Shown: positions 41,892 through 55,058 of the stretch, piece after piece
How the letters are laid out: every line of letters begins with the position of its first letter
Numbering within the stretch: position 1 is the first letter of the stretch
Assembly: GCA_000165425.1 (NCBI GenBank)
Contig: CT868054.1
Span: 124,001 to 188,000, forward strand
Length of the DNA: 64,000 nucleotides
Direction of reading: 5' to 3'
From: Paramecium tetraurelia
Taxonomy: Eukaryota
Position numbers and translations under genes: made by a program
The notes under the pieces: generated by a model
Seen by the model: the letters and a program-made list of their open reading frames with translations, nothing else
What the model was told of the DNA's origin: nothing
Database searches by the model: none

Positions 41892-43667
41892 TCAAGACTT
41901 TGATTTTTAATCAGCCATTTCTTACTCTTTAACATCAAAACTTTCATTATATGGAGCAGTTGAATCGACAATCTTTTTCTTCCAAGCCAAAAAGGATAGT
42001 TTGTGGCCCCATTTTTTGAAGCAGACATACATAAAAATAATGAGCCATACAATAATTACAAATAGAACATAAATTGCAATAGTGTAATATGCATATGCGT
42101 AATAGTTCCCTGCAATCTAAGAAATATTATTATATTTACCTCAGTAGTTGTAAATGTGAATGAATGGGTAATATTACAGAGTGTAAATTATTATTGCCAA
42201 ACATTAGGTGTTTCTTCCTTTCCTTTACAGTTGGTTGAATTCAATAAGACAATATACTGATTGACTTCAGCATCCTCAAATTTGCATTCTACAATAGGAT
42301 GATTCATTTTTATTGTCATAAATTTGAACTCATATCTTGCAATACCTACTAACAAACGAATGTTCAGAGTATTTTGTTCCTCATATGAATATTCTTTAAG
42401 TTTAAACAAATCTGGATCCTAGAAGGATGTGTGAGATAGGAGCTTTTCATCCAGAAAACCTAATAATGGATTTAAAGAAATACCTGAATAAATGGAGTGT
42501 TGAACAATTTTGTGTCCATCATCTCCGATTAAAACTGCATAGTACTCGAATACGTTGACATCATTTATAGTCATTTCATCTATGTAGTAATTGTTGAAAA
42601 AGTAATCAGCATTTTAAAAATCAACAAAGACTTCAACTGCGAAGTCTTGATTATTGACAGTTTTGGCAACAATAAAGAAAGTGCTTTCAAAATGATCAAA
42701 ACTCTTAGTTTTAGAAATAGTTATAGTAAAAAGATGATCGACCTATCCATTTTCCAGATTATAGATTTTATAAAATCGAAGTCCTGTTTCTTTGTCTAGA
42801 ACGTACAATCGATCATCTCCATTGGAATCAACATCAATAACTTATCCCTGGGGTATTTTCAATTGAATAGTTGTAATGGTGGACACAAATACGAGTTGAT
42901 TATTTGAAATCTTATAGACGTCCAACCCATCGTGACCACATGCAACATAAATCAATTTGTGTTTGACATTATAATGAACATTAAAAATGAAATCCTTCTA
43001 TTTGACTTCTGACTCTAATCTGAATTAAGAGAGTGCTAATTGAGTGTCAGTATTGAAACTTGCTCCACCATTAGAAGTGATAATATAGATTCTGTTTTCA
43101 CCCATGTCATCGATAAGGAATGGATGATTAAATTCACCCTCTGGATCATACTTCAATAAAGAAGCAAATGATTATTATTAGCTATCCAAACTGATCCCAT
43201 AATATCCTCTTTCTAGATTTATGGAGAATATTTTAAAGTCATTTCTGACTACATAAATTCTAGAAGAACTTTCAGAGGTAGCAAGATCCGTGAAATAAAC
43301 ATCTCTTGTAACTCCTGTCTTGTCTAGCCATAATTTTAATTAGTAAGAGATTTCTAAATTTTATTGAATGGCAAAACAACCATACTCACCTATAATATCC
43401 TCTTCTACTTTTTCAAAATCATCTAGATTGAAACTTTGACTTCCAATTTATCCATTGACTCGTTTATGCAAATCAACAGCGAAGACTCCAGGGTATCTAA
43501 TAAAAATGAATCAATAATAAGTAATACGCTCCATATTGTATAGACAACTTTTCTTGAGCCTAACGAGTGTAATTACCTGGTTCGATAGTTTCATTGATAT
43601 ATCTGGGGGAAGGTTACTTGATTTATTTGGCTTAGATGCTAAGAATAAGGAATATACACAATAACAT
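41892..43667 (-). CDS. type-I membrane protein (signal peptide, beta-propeller-like ectodomain, single TM, short tail)
   Basis: MLLCIFLILSIQA; beta-rich repeats (LIYVACGHDGLDVYKI, RLYVLDKETGLRFYKI); TM ILHYCNLCSICNYCMAH-region read in frame as ...VIIVWLIIFMYVCF followed by KKWGHK; tail has YNESF; TGA 41892-41894. Confidence 0.75.
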
Positions 43668-43685
43668 GTATAAAATAATAATTAA

Positions 43686-44927
43686 TCAATGTTTTTTATT
43701 TTAATAAAATTTGGTTATCTTTTGGACATTAGGTAGTTCACTAATGGATTCTTCATCCTCTTCTTTAATTTACTCACATGGCAATATCTTTTTGAGATTG
43801 GTGCTAATCTAATCAGTAGTTTGTCCCTTCAATTGTTTACGAACAGTTGAGAATTCACTCGCCAATTCACTTTATCCATCATTAATGTCTTCAAAAGGTT
43901 TAATTTTACAATCAACTACACACCAATCAAAACAGTAAGGTCCTAATTTAATAAAGTCTTACTAGTTTTGCTGAATCCCTCTTTGCAGATCTCTTTCATT
44001 TTGGAATAATTTGGTTGCTCATCGAATCTCAACCCTTTGGAATGATCATAGATTTTCTTAAGAATGGGAGGAATGTTTATTTCTAACTAACCTGAAGCGA
44101 ATTTCTGTTTGGCCTCTAGGATCTTCAAAAACTTCTCTTGTCTGGTTTGACAATTGAAATTCTGCCAAGGCAATTGACCATTATAAAGATACAGCAGGAC
44201 ATAACACATGGCTTCTAAATCATCTCTTCTACTTTATTCGGCACCCAAATGGGAGTTAATACTGGTGTATCTGGCTGTGCCAACCATGCCTTTATTGTCT
44301 GCCTGTTAAATGTGAATGCCTTGATTATTGTATTTAAAAACCTTAGGCATCAACAAAGGGTTTGGCTAGTCCAAAATCAATCAAATAAACTGTATGATGA
44401 TCACCAAAACTACCTACCAAGAAATTTTCAGGTTTGATATCTCTATGCACGTACTTCCTTTCGTGAACAGCCTCAATTACTGAAATTAGACAATATGCCA
44501 TTCTAATTATGCAGGTTTCAGAGAACTTCTCGTGAATTTATTTCTTTCTTAGTTCTTCGAGATTGCCTAAAATAATATTAACATCCATACCAGAACCATA
44601 ATAGGGCATTATGATTAATTTGTAATCTTACTGTTAAATTAATTGATAAGGCTGGGGGACTTGAGGGATTCCCTTCAACTATTAGAATGTGTTGTATTCC
44701 TTAACTAACAAGGATTGTTGATTTTATTGTCTCGTATCTTTGAACTCCACTTTGCATGCATGTAAAGTGCGAGTCAAAGTATTGTAAATCTTGTAAATTT
44801 CTCCGAAACTTCCTTGGCCTGCCTTTTCCACCAATTAATACTCAATTGGCAATTCAATCAAAGGACTCACCACCTTTTTCACTGGATACTCGCTCTAGAA
44901 TCTTACTCTTGGTAAAGCTGACTACAT
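43686..44927 (-). CDS. CK1: casein kinase 1 family Ser/Thr kinase
   Basis: [64 protein letters not shown] (CK1-specific SIN and RRDDLE motifs). Confidence 0.95.
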
Positions 44928-44948
44928 ATATTATTTATATAATTAATA

Positions 44949-45625
44949 ATGTAATCATATAACCCAGCAGTCTCTCATAAAAGAAAAGAAAGAGACATTG
45001 CTAAACTCATGATGTCTAACTATCATGTGGAACAATGTCCTCAAAACCCATATAATTTTAAAGTCAATATCAATGGGTAAAACTCCATCATTATAAAGTC
45101 CATCTGATTCTCTCTATGCCGGAGGAGTCTACACAATCAACGTTCTTCTCCCTGAACAATACCCCTACAAATCACCCAGCATTGGTTTCCTCACTAAAAT
45201 ATTCCACCCCAACATTGATGAAGCGTATTGATAACTCTATACTTCTAGTTCTGGATCTGTCTGTCTTGATGTCATCAATCAAGCATGGTCACCCATGTAC
45301 GATCTCATGAATGTTTTTGAAGTCTTCCTCCCTTAATTACTTAACTACCCCAATCCTAGTGATCCTCTGAATCCAGATGCAGCCAGTCTTCTCATTAGAG
45401 ATAAACCTAGGTATTTCCCTATCATCTACATCTAGATATGAGAAGAAAGTCAAAGATATGGTTCTTAAATATGCCACCAAGCACAATCAGGAAGTTTAAA
45501 ATATAGAAATTATAAAAGAATCAAAATAGGATGATGAAGATAACGTCTCCCTCATCTCCTTAGACAATGTGTCACAACTATCAGAACACTCCTATGGACA
45601 TGCTGAAATTCAAAGTTTGTTTTGA
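44949..45625 (+). CDS. UBE2H: ubiquitin-conjugating enzyme E2, UBE2H/Ubc8 type
   Basis: [78 protein letters not shown]; acidic tail; three short introns. Confidence 0.93.
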
Positions 45626-46444
45626 ATTCTAACCATTATAAATATATTATTATTCATTTCTTAATCCATAATCTCTCTATTGATTTTACAAATTCTCAAG
45701 CAATTTATCAAAATGCAAGAGGTTCTTTCTGCATCAAAGTAATAATCGCATTCTTTTGACTAATTAGTTTATATATGCAGTATTTGTTATCCATCTTATA
45801 AATTCATCTTAGAATAGACTACCTTAAATATCAATAGTTTAATTGATCAATTTATGAGTAACTCAAATTTAACAAATATCAAAGGGTCAATCTGTTATGG
45901 CATTTATGAAATTCTATTTCTACCTTAAATTTTAACATCATGATATTGTTTAGAATGATACTGAAGTATGTGATGATCATTAAGGATAAAGTATAAACTG
46001 AAATATGAATCTCTATAATAGTTTATTTTTGATAATTATGAAATTTAACTAAAATAGTTTTTTAATTATTAAGAATATTTTTATAATATTTTTGTGTTGG
46101 AATTCAAAGCAACTTAATTTTACTTTAGTGTTAATCAACAATATCATTTTTTATATTCTAGGCATATTTATCAAAGAATATATTTTAATATAGTATTATA
46201 TATTCAAATATATCCATTTTAAATATCTTTAAACATATTTTAATTAGTTTGGAATTTAGTAAATAATAATAGAAAATCTAAATTTTTTCGTATAAATTCT
46301 CTAAAAATTTTTGTTTACTATGCATATCCATCACTATTTCATTTAAGAATGTCGACAAAACTACATGTGGGTAATATTTAAAAATATACTCTGAAAATAA
46401 AATTTAATGGATTGATTATAAAATTGATATAAAGTCATTTATAA

Positions 46445-47715
46445 ATGTATAAAACAATTTAGAAATTAGGAGATGGAGTTTTTGGGAGTGTAACAAAGGC
46501 TCTTGATGAACGAACCTAAGAGTTTGTAGCCATAAAGTCTTATAGGGATAATAAAGTTAAAGATGAAAGTAAAATAAAAGAGATCCAAATATTAAAAAAG
46601 TTAAACCACCCCAACATTATTAAATTGAGAAATGTGATAAAATAAAACAAAACATTAGCGATAGTGCTTGATTTTTCTGAGAGAAACTTATTGCAATACT
46701 ATAAATCGGTCAAGGAGAAAAATAGAACCCTATGCGAATAGCAAATTTAAAGCATTGTTTATCAAATAGCAAGTGCTTTAAACTATTTACACACATAGGG
46801 CTATTTACACAGGTAACAGAATAGTTATTGATTGAATAGAGACTTGAAACCTGAAAACATCATGATACAGGATAATGGAGTGGTGAAATTAATAGATTTC
46901 GGGCAAGTCACTTATCAAAATGAATAGCATACTGATTATGTCTCAACAAGGTGGTATAGAGTATTATATAAAAATGATTATTTAAGTCTCCAGAATAAAT
47001 TAAGCAATAATCCTACAATCAGGAGATCGACATATGGTCATTCGGCTGCATTATTGCAGAACTCTACTTACTTACTCCATTACTACCTGGGACGACTGAA
47101 ATTGACCAGTTGTATTAAATCTAGAATTTGAACCTGAATCAATATTCCAATATCATTCCACCTCATCCTTTGAGACTGATAAAGAGTATGTTGCAGGAGG
47201 ACCCACATCAAAGAGTGACTGCGATAGAGATTTTGTAGAATAATTGGTTGTCACATCCATTTAAGTTCTTACCTAAAGAATTGGATGTATAGGATGACTC
47301 AAAGTATTTGATCAGTCCTGCTTAAACACCAGTGAAAGTGCAGAAATACTTTGAGAAATAGGAGAACAATTAAAATGTATTGAATCATCATTCTGCTGGG
47401 ATGTTCAACTTTGTACAACCGATGTAAAACAATAGCAATGTGGATGAGGATTTAGATTGTGGGTACATTCCTTCTTATGTCACATCGCTCTAGGGAACTT
47501 AGAAAAAGCGAGTGATACCTCAACAAGCCTAATTGGCTAATGAATAGTAGACCCAAGAGGCTCGAATGGAATTGGAACCGCAGTTGTTGTATGTGAAGAC
47601 CACGATAAATTAGCAATAACAAAATAGATTGAATAAAAACTTCTTTTCGAAACCGTATTAATATGTTTAATTGTAGAGTGCTAAACACACAAAGGAAAAA
47701 CAATAATTAGACTGA
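46445..47715 (+). CDS. CMGC kinase, MAK/ICK (RCK) family
   Basis: [42 protein letters not shown], activation loop [27 protein letters not shown]. Confidence 0.88.
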
Positions 47716-47746
47716 AATATATTGAAAATATTAAGGATTTAGTAAA

Positions 47747-48892
47747 TCATGATTTTATAGCCAAATGCTTTTTAAGTATAACTACGATGTCATCAGTAAT
47801 CAGAGCTTCTTTACTAAATTTCAATGGTTTAGTGAATTCAACTGGCCAGAAGGAACTGCAAGCCTTATCTGATTCCAGGAGTCCACATTTCTTATAGGCC
47901 TTGGCTACTAATTCTGAGCAAAAGTAAGTGTCATTTTTCTTGGAAGGACTTTAACTCTTTTATCTGAATAGTTTGCTCAATGTCACTTCATATTTCTTCC
48001 CATGAACTTGTTACAAAAATTCAATCATTTTTTTTTCGATTTCAGCTCTATTGACATTCATCAATTTACGAATGGCCAACCTTAAATATAAATTTGGTAT
48101 TACTTTTCATATAAATCATTGACTTCTATGAATTATGACCATTCTAAAAATGTCACTCCAGTGTCAGCATTGGCATCAAAAATGAATAGATATTTGTTAG
48201 CCATTTTGATAGCAATGGCAACATGATCATATTTTGTATTTGTGAATATTCTCTACAATTTGGCCCCTGTATTATTGGTTTCAAAAAGTAAAAGATCCCC
48301 TGATTCAACAATCCTCAAAAAGCTCTCTTCAGAAATCACTTCGACTCCCAAATACCTAGGCACTTCTTGCAATTGTAGTCTATTTTTGGGGTAGTTTCTA
48401 TGTTTGTCAAACACAACGTTCAAACTGTTGACCCACATCTTGGCTTCGACAACATCCTTTGCTTAATATAGGATGGTTTATTTGAGATGAGTGAATGTGA
48501 TCTTGATCAACTGTCTCTCCTATTCAACTACGAACTCGAATTCCTTCAATGACAACACTCTTATGAATTGTTGTTTTTATTCGTCATTGTACTCCTTGAT
48601 CGATTGCCTCGTCAACTGGACATACACTCTTTTACTCTAATATAGCCATCCCTCTTTCACTGTTTGATTACCATCCAAATAGATCTCAAAATCGTCGGCG
48701 TTGTTCCTCTCTATACATCGAATCTAGGGATAATTTTGATAAATCTACAGGGGAAGTTAAAATTATGCTTTATTGGGATTTCTGCGATTTTCGTTTCAAT
48801 CTCTCGGGAGAACATTCTGATCTAAAATAGCAATCAATCAATGGGTTTTGCTGATTTTAAACTGAGATGGATCTTAATCGTTACTCTAACAT
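47747..48892 (-). CDS. PH domain + permuted papain-like NlpC/P60 (YiiX/YebB-like) enzyme
   Basis: PH-like VKEGWLY...RVYVQLT...EAKMWVNSL; then ESGDLLLF, YDHVAIAI (His) and YFCSELVAKAYKKCGLL (Cys) in the permuted H-before-C order. Confidence 0.82.
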
Positions 48893-48946
48893 CTATTTCT
48901 ATTTATATATATATGTTTAAAATATTAAATCACAAAATATAATTAT

Positions 48947-49815
48947 TCACCACTCTTTCTTCTTCTCCTTGTATTAATCGATCTTCTTTTACATTCCTTA
49001 GTAAAATTCAGATTACAAGTTTTCTCCCTGGATAGCCGTTTCAATATAGTATTACTACAAGTGAATAATGCTCTATTAAAATATGTCAATCAAATACCTG
49101 GATTAGTTGCTCTCTGCACATTTCCCCTTCTTGAATAAGAGCTTGTAAGTCCTAATTTGATGTTGTCTTCTCATCAAACTTATCATAATTGCAATTGAAT
49201 TCTAAAGTCTTACTATCAATATCTGCTAACTATTGAAGATGCTTATATATTTTGTGTGACTGTTCGATTTACTATTATTATAAACTAATTTCCATACTTA
49301 AACTGTTTGAATATTGTGTTGTAATACTTTATTTGCCGATGCATCTGTCTAATTTAGGGCATTAAAGGTTTCCTATTGTTATTTTAATTGATCATATTTT
49401 GGTTAGAGAATCGATCTCAATTTTTGGATAAATTGAGGATGGAAGATTTGATCTCTTTCCCACCTCTTTATCATTGTGTAAGCACTCTCCAAATCCTTAA
49501 TGTCATCCACAATACAAAAATCTCCCAATAGTTTTTTGAGTTTTCCACCAAATGCTTTGAGAAAGGGATTGTCTTACCTCTTTTTTTAGCTCTCATCTAA
49601 AATAATTTGATGGATTAAAAATAAAAATATTCGTTTCTTATCTTTTCTTGTTTAAGTGAATTCATTTTCAATCATAGAAGCAATTTATTAAGCACTCTCA
49701 GGATAAAATGAACAATAATTAGCAGTCTCTTTGAGTAAAGAATTAACATACTTATAATTTAATCTTTAGCTTCTGTCAATTACTAGAGTAAACATTCTAA
49801 TTAGTTCAAGTCCAT
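48947..49815 (-). CDS. RNA Pol II CTD-interacting (CID) domain protein, Rtt103/RPRD1-like, with coiled-coil C-terminus
   Basis: KKRIFLFLIHQIILDESQKKR...FLKAFGGKL...MIKRWERDQIFHPQFIQKLRSIL resembles the CID helical pattern; introns ~49274-49296 and ~49075-49098. Confidence 0.65.
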
Positions 49816-49868
49816 TAGATAATTTATTTATTTTATAATAACTAAATTTTAAGTATGAAAGAAACTCA

Positions 49869-51286
49869 TCACTCCTAATGTTTGTTCAGAGTTTCCAAAG
49901 CACTTTTAATATGCTTCTACAATGAATCAATCTAGGTCTTCTGCAATGCAAACGCTACATAAAATTAGTCTATTCTTACTTCTAGCAAAATTCTTCACTA
50001 CTTATTATAAATCATCATTTTTCCTAACTCCCAGTCTTCCTATCTTATTTTTTGATATGCGAACATCTAAAAATAATATTGGTTCGTCATTTTCCTCTCT
50101 CTCAGACAACTTGAATTCTTTGATTTCCTTGTTATTATTAACCTTCTCCAGTTGAGATTACTTAATTTCAAAATACTTCTCTTTGTATTCTTTCTCATTT
50201 TACGCTTTCTACATTCTTTTGATTGTATTTTCAAACCCAGGAATCTGATCCATCTTCTAATCACTTTTCATTAGCGTGCCCTTTATTTCAGGCTTAAAGG
50301 TGCATTCCTTATCCAAAACATCTCTATTGACAACCTATTATTATTGTTTGGTTTGCAAGGCTTTGGAATCATTGAATAATCTTTGGAACACTTGATCTCC
50401 TCCTGCTTTCTTGACATTCTTTTAGAAGGATAACATCTCGTCGTTCTCCTATTTCAATTTGAGAAGTTAACCATGACGAGCCTTCTCTTGTAGTTGTTTG
50501 GAGTGATTGTAAAGCATTTCACTCCTTTAAATGCCTTTGGAAGACACAGAACTTTTGGTAGGAGTGTATGATTTGTAAGCCTAAAGTTTGGAGAAACTAT
50601 CAAAGGGTTTCTCTTTGATTTTGGACTCTCTCAAGATGAATGCAGGATGGGGATTGTTGAGAATTTACGACCGAAGCATTTTGATAACCTTCTCGAATTA
50701 AGGCAACCTATTTTCAAATAGTAATCGATCCAAATGTGCCAATGATCTATAGTTGATCACCTTTTCTAAGTCCTAAGCTACTTGATCATCGAATTTCTCA
50801 ACACATGAAAAGATTTAACCTAAGATCTTGGCCATGCGATCGTAGGGAATTACTTACTATTGGAACCAAGTTTCTTCAGTCTTAGATTAAAATTGGATAG
50901 GACTTACATATGCCAACATCAAACAGAAATTCCAAAACTTGGAATCCACAAATATGTATAGTTAATTCATCATCTGAGTGAGATCTTATTCCGAATAGGG
51001 TTTGACATCTACAAAGGAAGAGAAAGTCTCTTTATCCACAATGATGTCGTATTCTATTTATTCTGGAAATTGTATAATTTGATTATACCTTTGATAAGAA
51101 TGAAAGAGTGCTAAATTTAAACATTTACAATCATACATTATTCTCATTTCTCTTTCTATCTGAGAATTACGGAGTATCTGGTCTTTCGGTTATCTCTTTC
51201 AGGTATTATTTCTTGCCACTTTCGAAATCATTTATGAGGTTGATTTTCTTTTTTATAAGCTATTCATAATTGCTATTCTGTTACAT
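49869..51286 (-). CDS. conserved ciliate hypothetical protein (ECTFKP motif, coiled coil)
   Basis: Code-6 frame with 4 short introns; VFQRLFND...KECTFKPEI...IPGFENTIKRM...PILFLDVRISKNKIGRLGVRKNDD. Confidence 0.75.
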
Positions 51287-51302
51287 ATTAATAATTATGA
51301 TT

Positions 51303-52537
51303 ATGGATGATAAAATCTAAAGAATTTTACAAATGAATGACTTCTAACGTTCCTCCGACATTCGTAAAATCTCTCAATCCCAAGTGACAGAAAACACGAA
51401 TAAGACTTATTCTATCACAGTTACTAATCAATCCAAACCCAAAAGGAGGAAGGTTGTCAAATTAAAGAATCATTTACTCTAGTCACATGTAAGTCCAGAT
51501 ATTTAAAAACTATATTATTAAACCAAAAAGAATGAAGACTCCACTCAACATAATCAAACCGAATAAACAAAATCCATCAATTTACCCTCAATCTCTGATC
51601 AATCAAATAAAGGCAATCTGAATGAATTTATCGCTCTTGTTCTGGAAGTGTTCCCTCCTGATCATCAACTATGGATGGATCTATAAATTAAGGATTAACA
51701 ATTAGAAGAAGTTATTGCTCAAAATTAAAATTATTTCTCTGATCTACTAAGTAATTATACTCACTTATTTCTAGTGCTCTATATCCAAGAGATGGAAATT
51801 CGCTAACTCAAGGATAAAAAACTAGGATACAAAGGAAAATACACTACCTAATACAGTGAAGATTTCAGTGATAAAATAAATAAAGACAACACATCAATTA
51901 ATCGATGGATTTATGATCGAATCAAATAATCAAACACATTTCTATAAAACATTAGTACTTACAATGTAAAAACTATAGAATTATATACAGCAACATTACA
52001 TTCCAAAACGTTACGATAAGATTGGCAATTTCAAACCGGACCATAAACCTAACTTAAATGAAATATCTTGTCTCTCCTCTTATGCTGTCAATTATAGAGA
52101 CTGGAAGAAATAATATCATGGTCTCATTGGTCCCATTAATTCCTCTAGCGAGAAGAAACTACCATTTGTAGCTGAAACCAATTACACTCGAAATTTCGTC
52201 ACACAAAAATATGAAAAACAAGATCCTATCATCCCTAAATAATTGTACCATATATCTCAATATCAATAGAGGTCCATTCCCAAATCAACCAAAAACTCTG
52301 ATTCGAGATACTACACACAAATCCTAGTTTTGTTTACCCTAATAAGATAATTCATCCACTTAGAATTTGGTTTATAGTCAAAGAACCAATCATATCAAAA
52401 GTTTTGATGGGTATTAACCACACTACAATAAATAATCTACAATTTCCAATCAGGGTGAGGACTTTGCTGATCGTTTCTATCACTCTTCGATTGTTTAAAA
52501 ATTAATGAAAAAAAGTTAGAAATAATAAAATAATTGA
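51303..52537 (+). CDS. hypothetical protein
   Basis: Long code-6 frame from MDDKIQRILQMNDF; TGA ~52535-52537; internal splicing not fully resolved. Confidence 0.6.
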
Positions 52538-52565
52538 TATAATTCAAAGTATATGTTATGATATG

Positions 52566-53259
52566 TCACTATTATTAAAGCAATTTATAGTGGAGAAGAT
52601 CTTTTTATATTTACATTAGTTAATTTAATGAATTTTCATTTCTAGAATAGTAACTGTTTAAACGATCCAATTCTTATTCAAAATTAGTCATTTTTGGTCT
52701 AATCTTATAAGGATAGTATAATGCAACTCGTTCCCACTCCTCCTCTTCAAGACGAGCACAATTTGATTGATTAAATTTAAATGTGGAGATATTCATTAGT
52801 ATTTTGTGTTCTATTTCAGGATTAATCTTTTTTAGTTCTTATTAGATTTATTTAAGGTCCATTTGCATCTATTTTGAGGATGGTAAACTATTGTTTCTTT
52901 CACTTTATTGTTTAAAATATTAAATACATCGATTTTGTTTATTGAACTGCACTTAATTGTTATTTTCTTCTTGTCTGATTAAGTTCCCCCAACATTCGTT
53001 TCGCTTTTTCACTCTTCAAAGAATCCAATTTATACAATTTTACAAGTGTTTTCTCATAGTTTACTTAATTCTTCTCCAAATACGCTCGAATTTTATTGTC
53101 CACTTTATCAAACAATTAATTATCATATGTAAGATCCTTGATTTTGTGACTGATGCTTCTCTTTTCCCTATTACTCAATCTATTCCCTTTTTAAGGAGAT
53201 ATTGTATTCTCAACAACATCAATTGTATTGGATGAGTTAATCGGAGTCACACTCTTCAT
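52566..53259 (-). CDS. hypothetical protein
   Basis: MKSVTPINSSNTIDVVEN...EEEEWERVALYYPYKIRPKM...; TGA 52566-52568. Confidence 0.65.
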
Positions 53260-54504
53260 TATAAAAAATTAATATATTTTTTGTATTTAAGAAATAAACA
53301 ATATTTAAACTGAAACCATACAAGAGAATTTATTATTAAATTGATATGTATTTATTTTCAATTTAGATTTACAAGATTTGTTAAGAAAAACAAAAGGGTG
53401 TCTTAATCAACATGTATAATTTAAAATAAAAATTATCATATATTTTTATATTGTTTTATTTTATAATTATTCGTCAATTCTCTATTCAACTTAATCGAAA
53501 CAATATGCATAATAAATAGTATAAATAGTAGATATCATATAATGAATATGGCGTTAATCAGAATGAGAGGAGTTTGAATAATTAATAATAATTGATTAAG
53601 TGATAAGAATTAAATTATGCTGTTCTCTACTTAAAGGTAAAAGTCCTAAATATTGATTTCAGGAACTTAAATGATGTATAAAACTAATATTTTGAAAATT
53701 TTCTACATTAATTATAAGTTTTTTCAAGGATTAATATCTTTAATTTTAGACATTCCTACCTTAAAAAACTCGATTTAGAACTGTTTTATGATGTTTGTTT
53801 TTGGTTAAATTAGAAAAAGAAATATCTGAAGTTGGATTATAAAACATTTTTCAAAAACCCCATTAAGAATAAATTTGTATATAATTAATTTAAAATAACA
53901 TTAATAAAATTGAATTTAAAATATATACATAATAGATTTGATACTTTAAATAAATATTTAAAATATTATACAATTATAATATTGCAATTAGTATTATTAG
54001 GGATTAGCTCTCTACAATAGTTGTTGTTATCAACATCCTAATATTCCAACATGCACATTTTGATATTTAAATTTTTAACAAGTAACTTAAATTAAGTATT
54101 CATTAATTAAGTATCAATTTAGCTTTAATTAAGATCATTGATTAGAGATTATTTAAAAAGCAATAAGATGGAATCTTTATATTAAACAATAAAATTTAAG
54201 TTAATCAGAAAAAGTATGGTTTTTATTATTAGATAAGATTTATTGCAAAAATTATTAGAAGTTTTGATGTAAAAAATTCCCTATATTTCCATATATATGA
54301 GGTCTTTTACAAATGTTGTTTGTGATGAATGCCTCATATAAATTATTTTGTATATAGTACCTAATATATATGGAAACTCTTGAATTATGATGGGAAATTA
54401 ATTAAAAGTCATAAAAATATATGGAGAACATAATAATTCTTAAAGTTTAGAAATGATAACAGAAATCAATTAAAAGTTCAATTTTAATAATTATTATAAT
54501 AAAT

Positions 54505-54567
54505 ATATATATCAAACAATTAATAATTAATAATTAATAATTATAAATTAATTATTAATAACTAATT
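54505..54567. repeat. AT-only low-complexity tract, imperfect (TAATTAA)n
   Basis: taataattaataattaataattataaattaattattaataactaatt. Confidence 0.5.
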
Positions 54568-55058
54568 GAATTGTCCATCCTCAATTTAAACAACCAGATA
54601 ATCGGTGTTTTAACGATGACAAAGTAACATGGATACACCAGATTTAGACGACATCAGTTTTATTTAAGATCAAATGATGAAAGATGATATATTAATTATT
54701 ATAATATATATTTATACTAACTTTAAGAATTAAAGATTTTCTTATAAATTGTTGTTCCAAATTTATCTTAATTATGCGCTAGCGAATAAATGACTATCAT
54801 GACTTTAATTAGCTAATAAGTCAACTAGTTTCCGCTCACAAGCATTTCTAATACTGGAATTTTAAAGGAAATTAAGCGACTCCTTGAAATTAGTGGTTTA
54901 ATGAACTACGAAATACTACATTCAAACCAACATAGTATGATCGAGAAAATAATAAATATATTCTGATAAATTTAGACTAAACAACAATCTTAATGAAATA
55001 TTAGGATTTAAATAGATAAGGAATTTTGAATTCTTAAAATCATATTTATAAATAAGAA

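Noticed and set aside
38111..47715. Functional ciliary gene cluster (CEP104, CK1, MAK-family kinase near polycystin-like genes)
   Set aside because: These families are large in ciliates and are interspersed with unrelated genes; co-location is plausibly chance.
53300..55050. Retained IES, transposon or telomere-addition site in the long AT-rich spacer
   Set aside because: No terminal inverted repeats, transposase ORF or C4A2/C3A3 repeats are seen; IESs cannot be called without a germline/somatic comparison.
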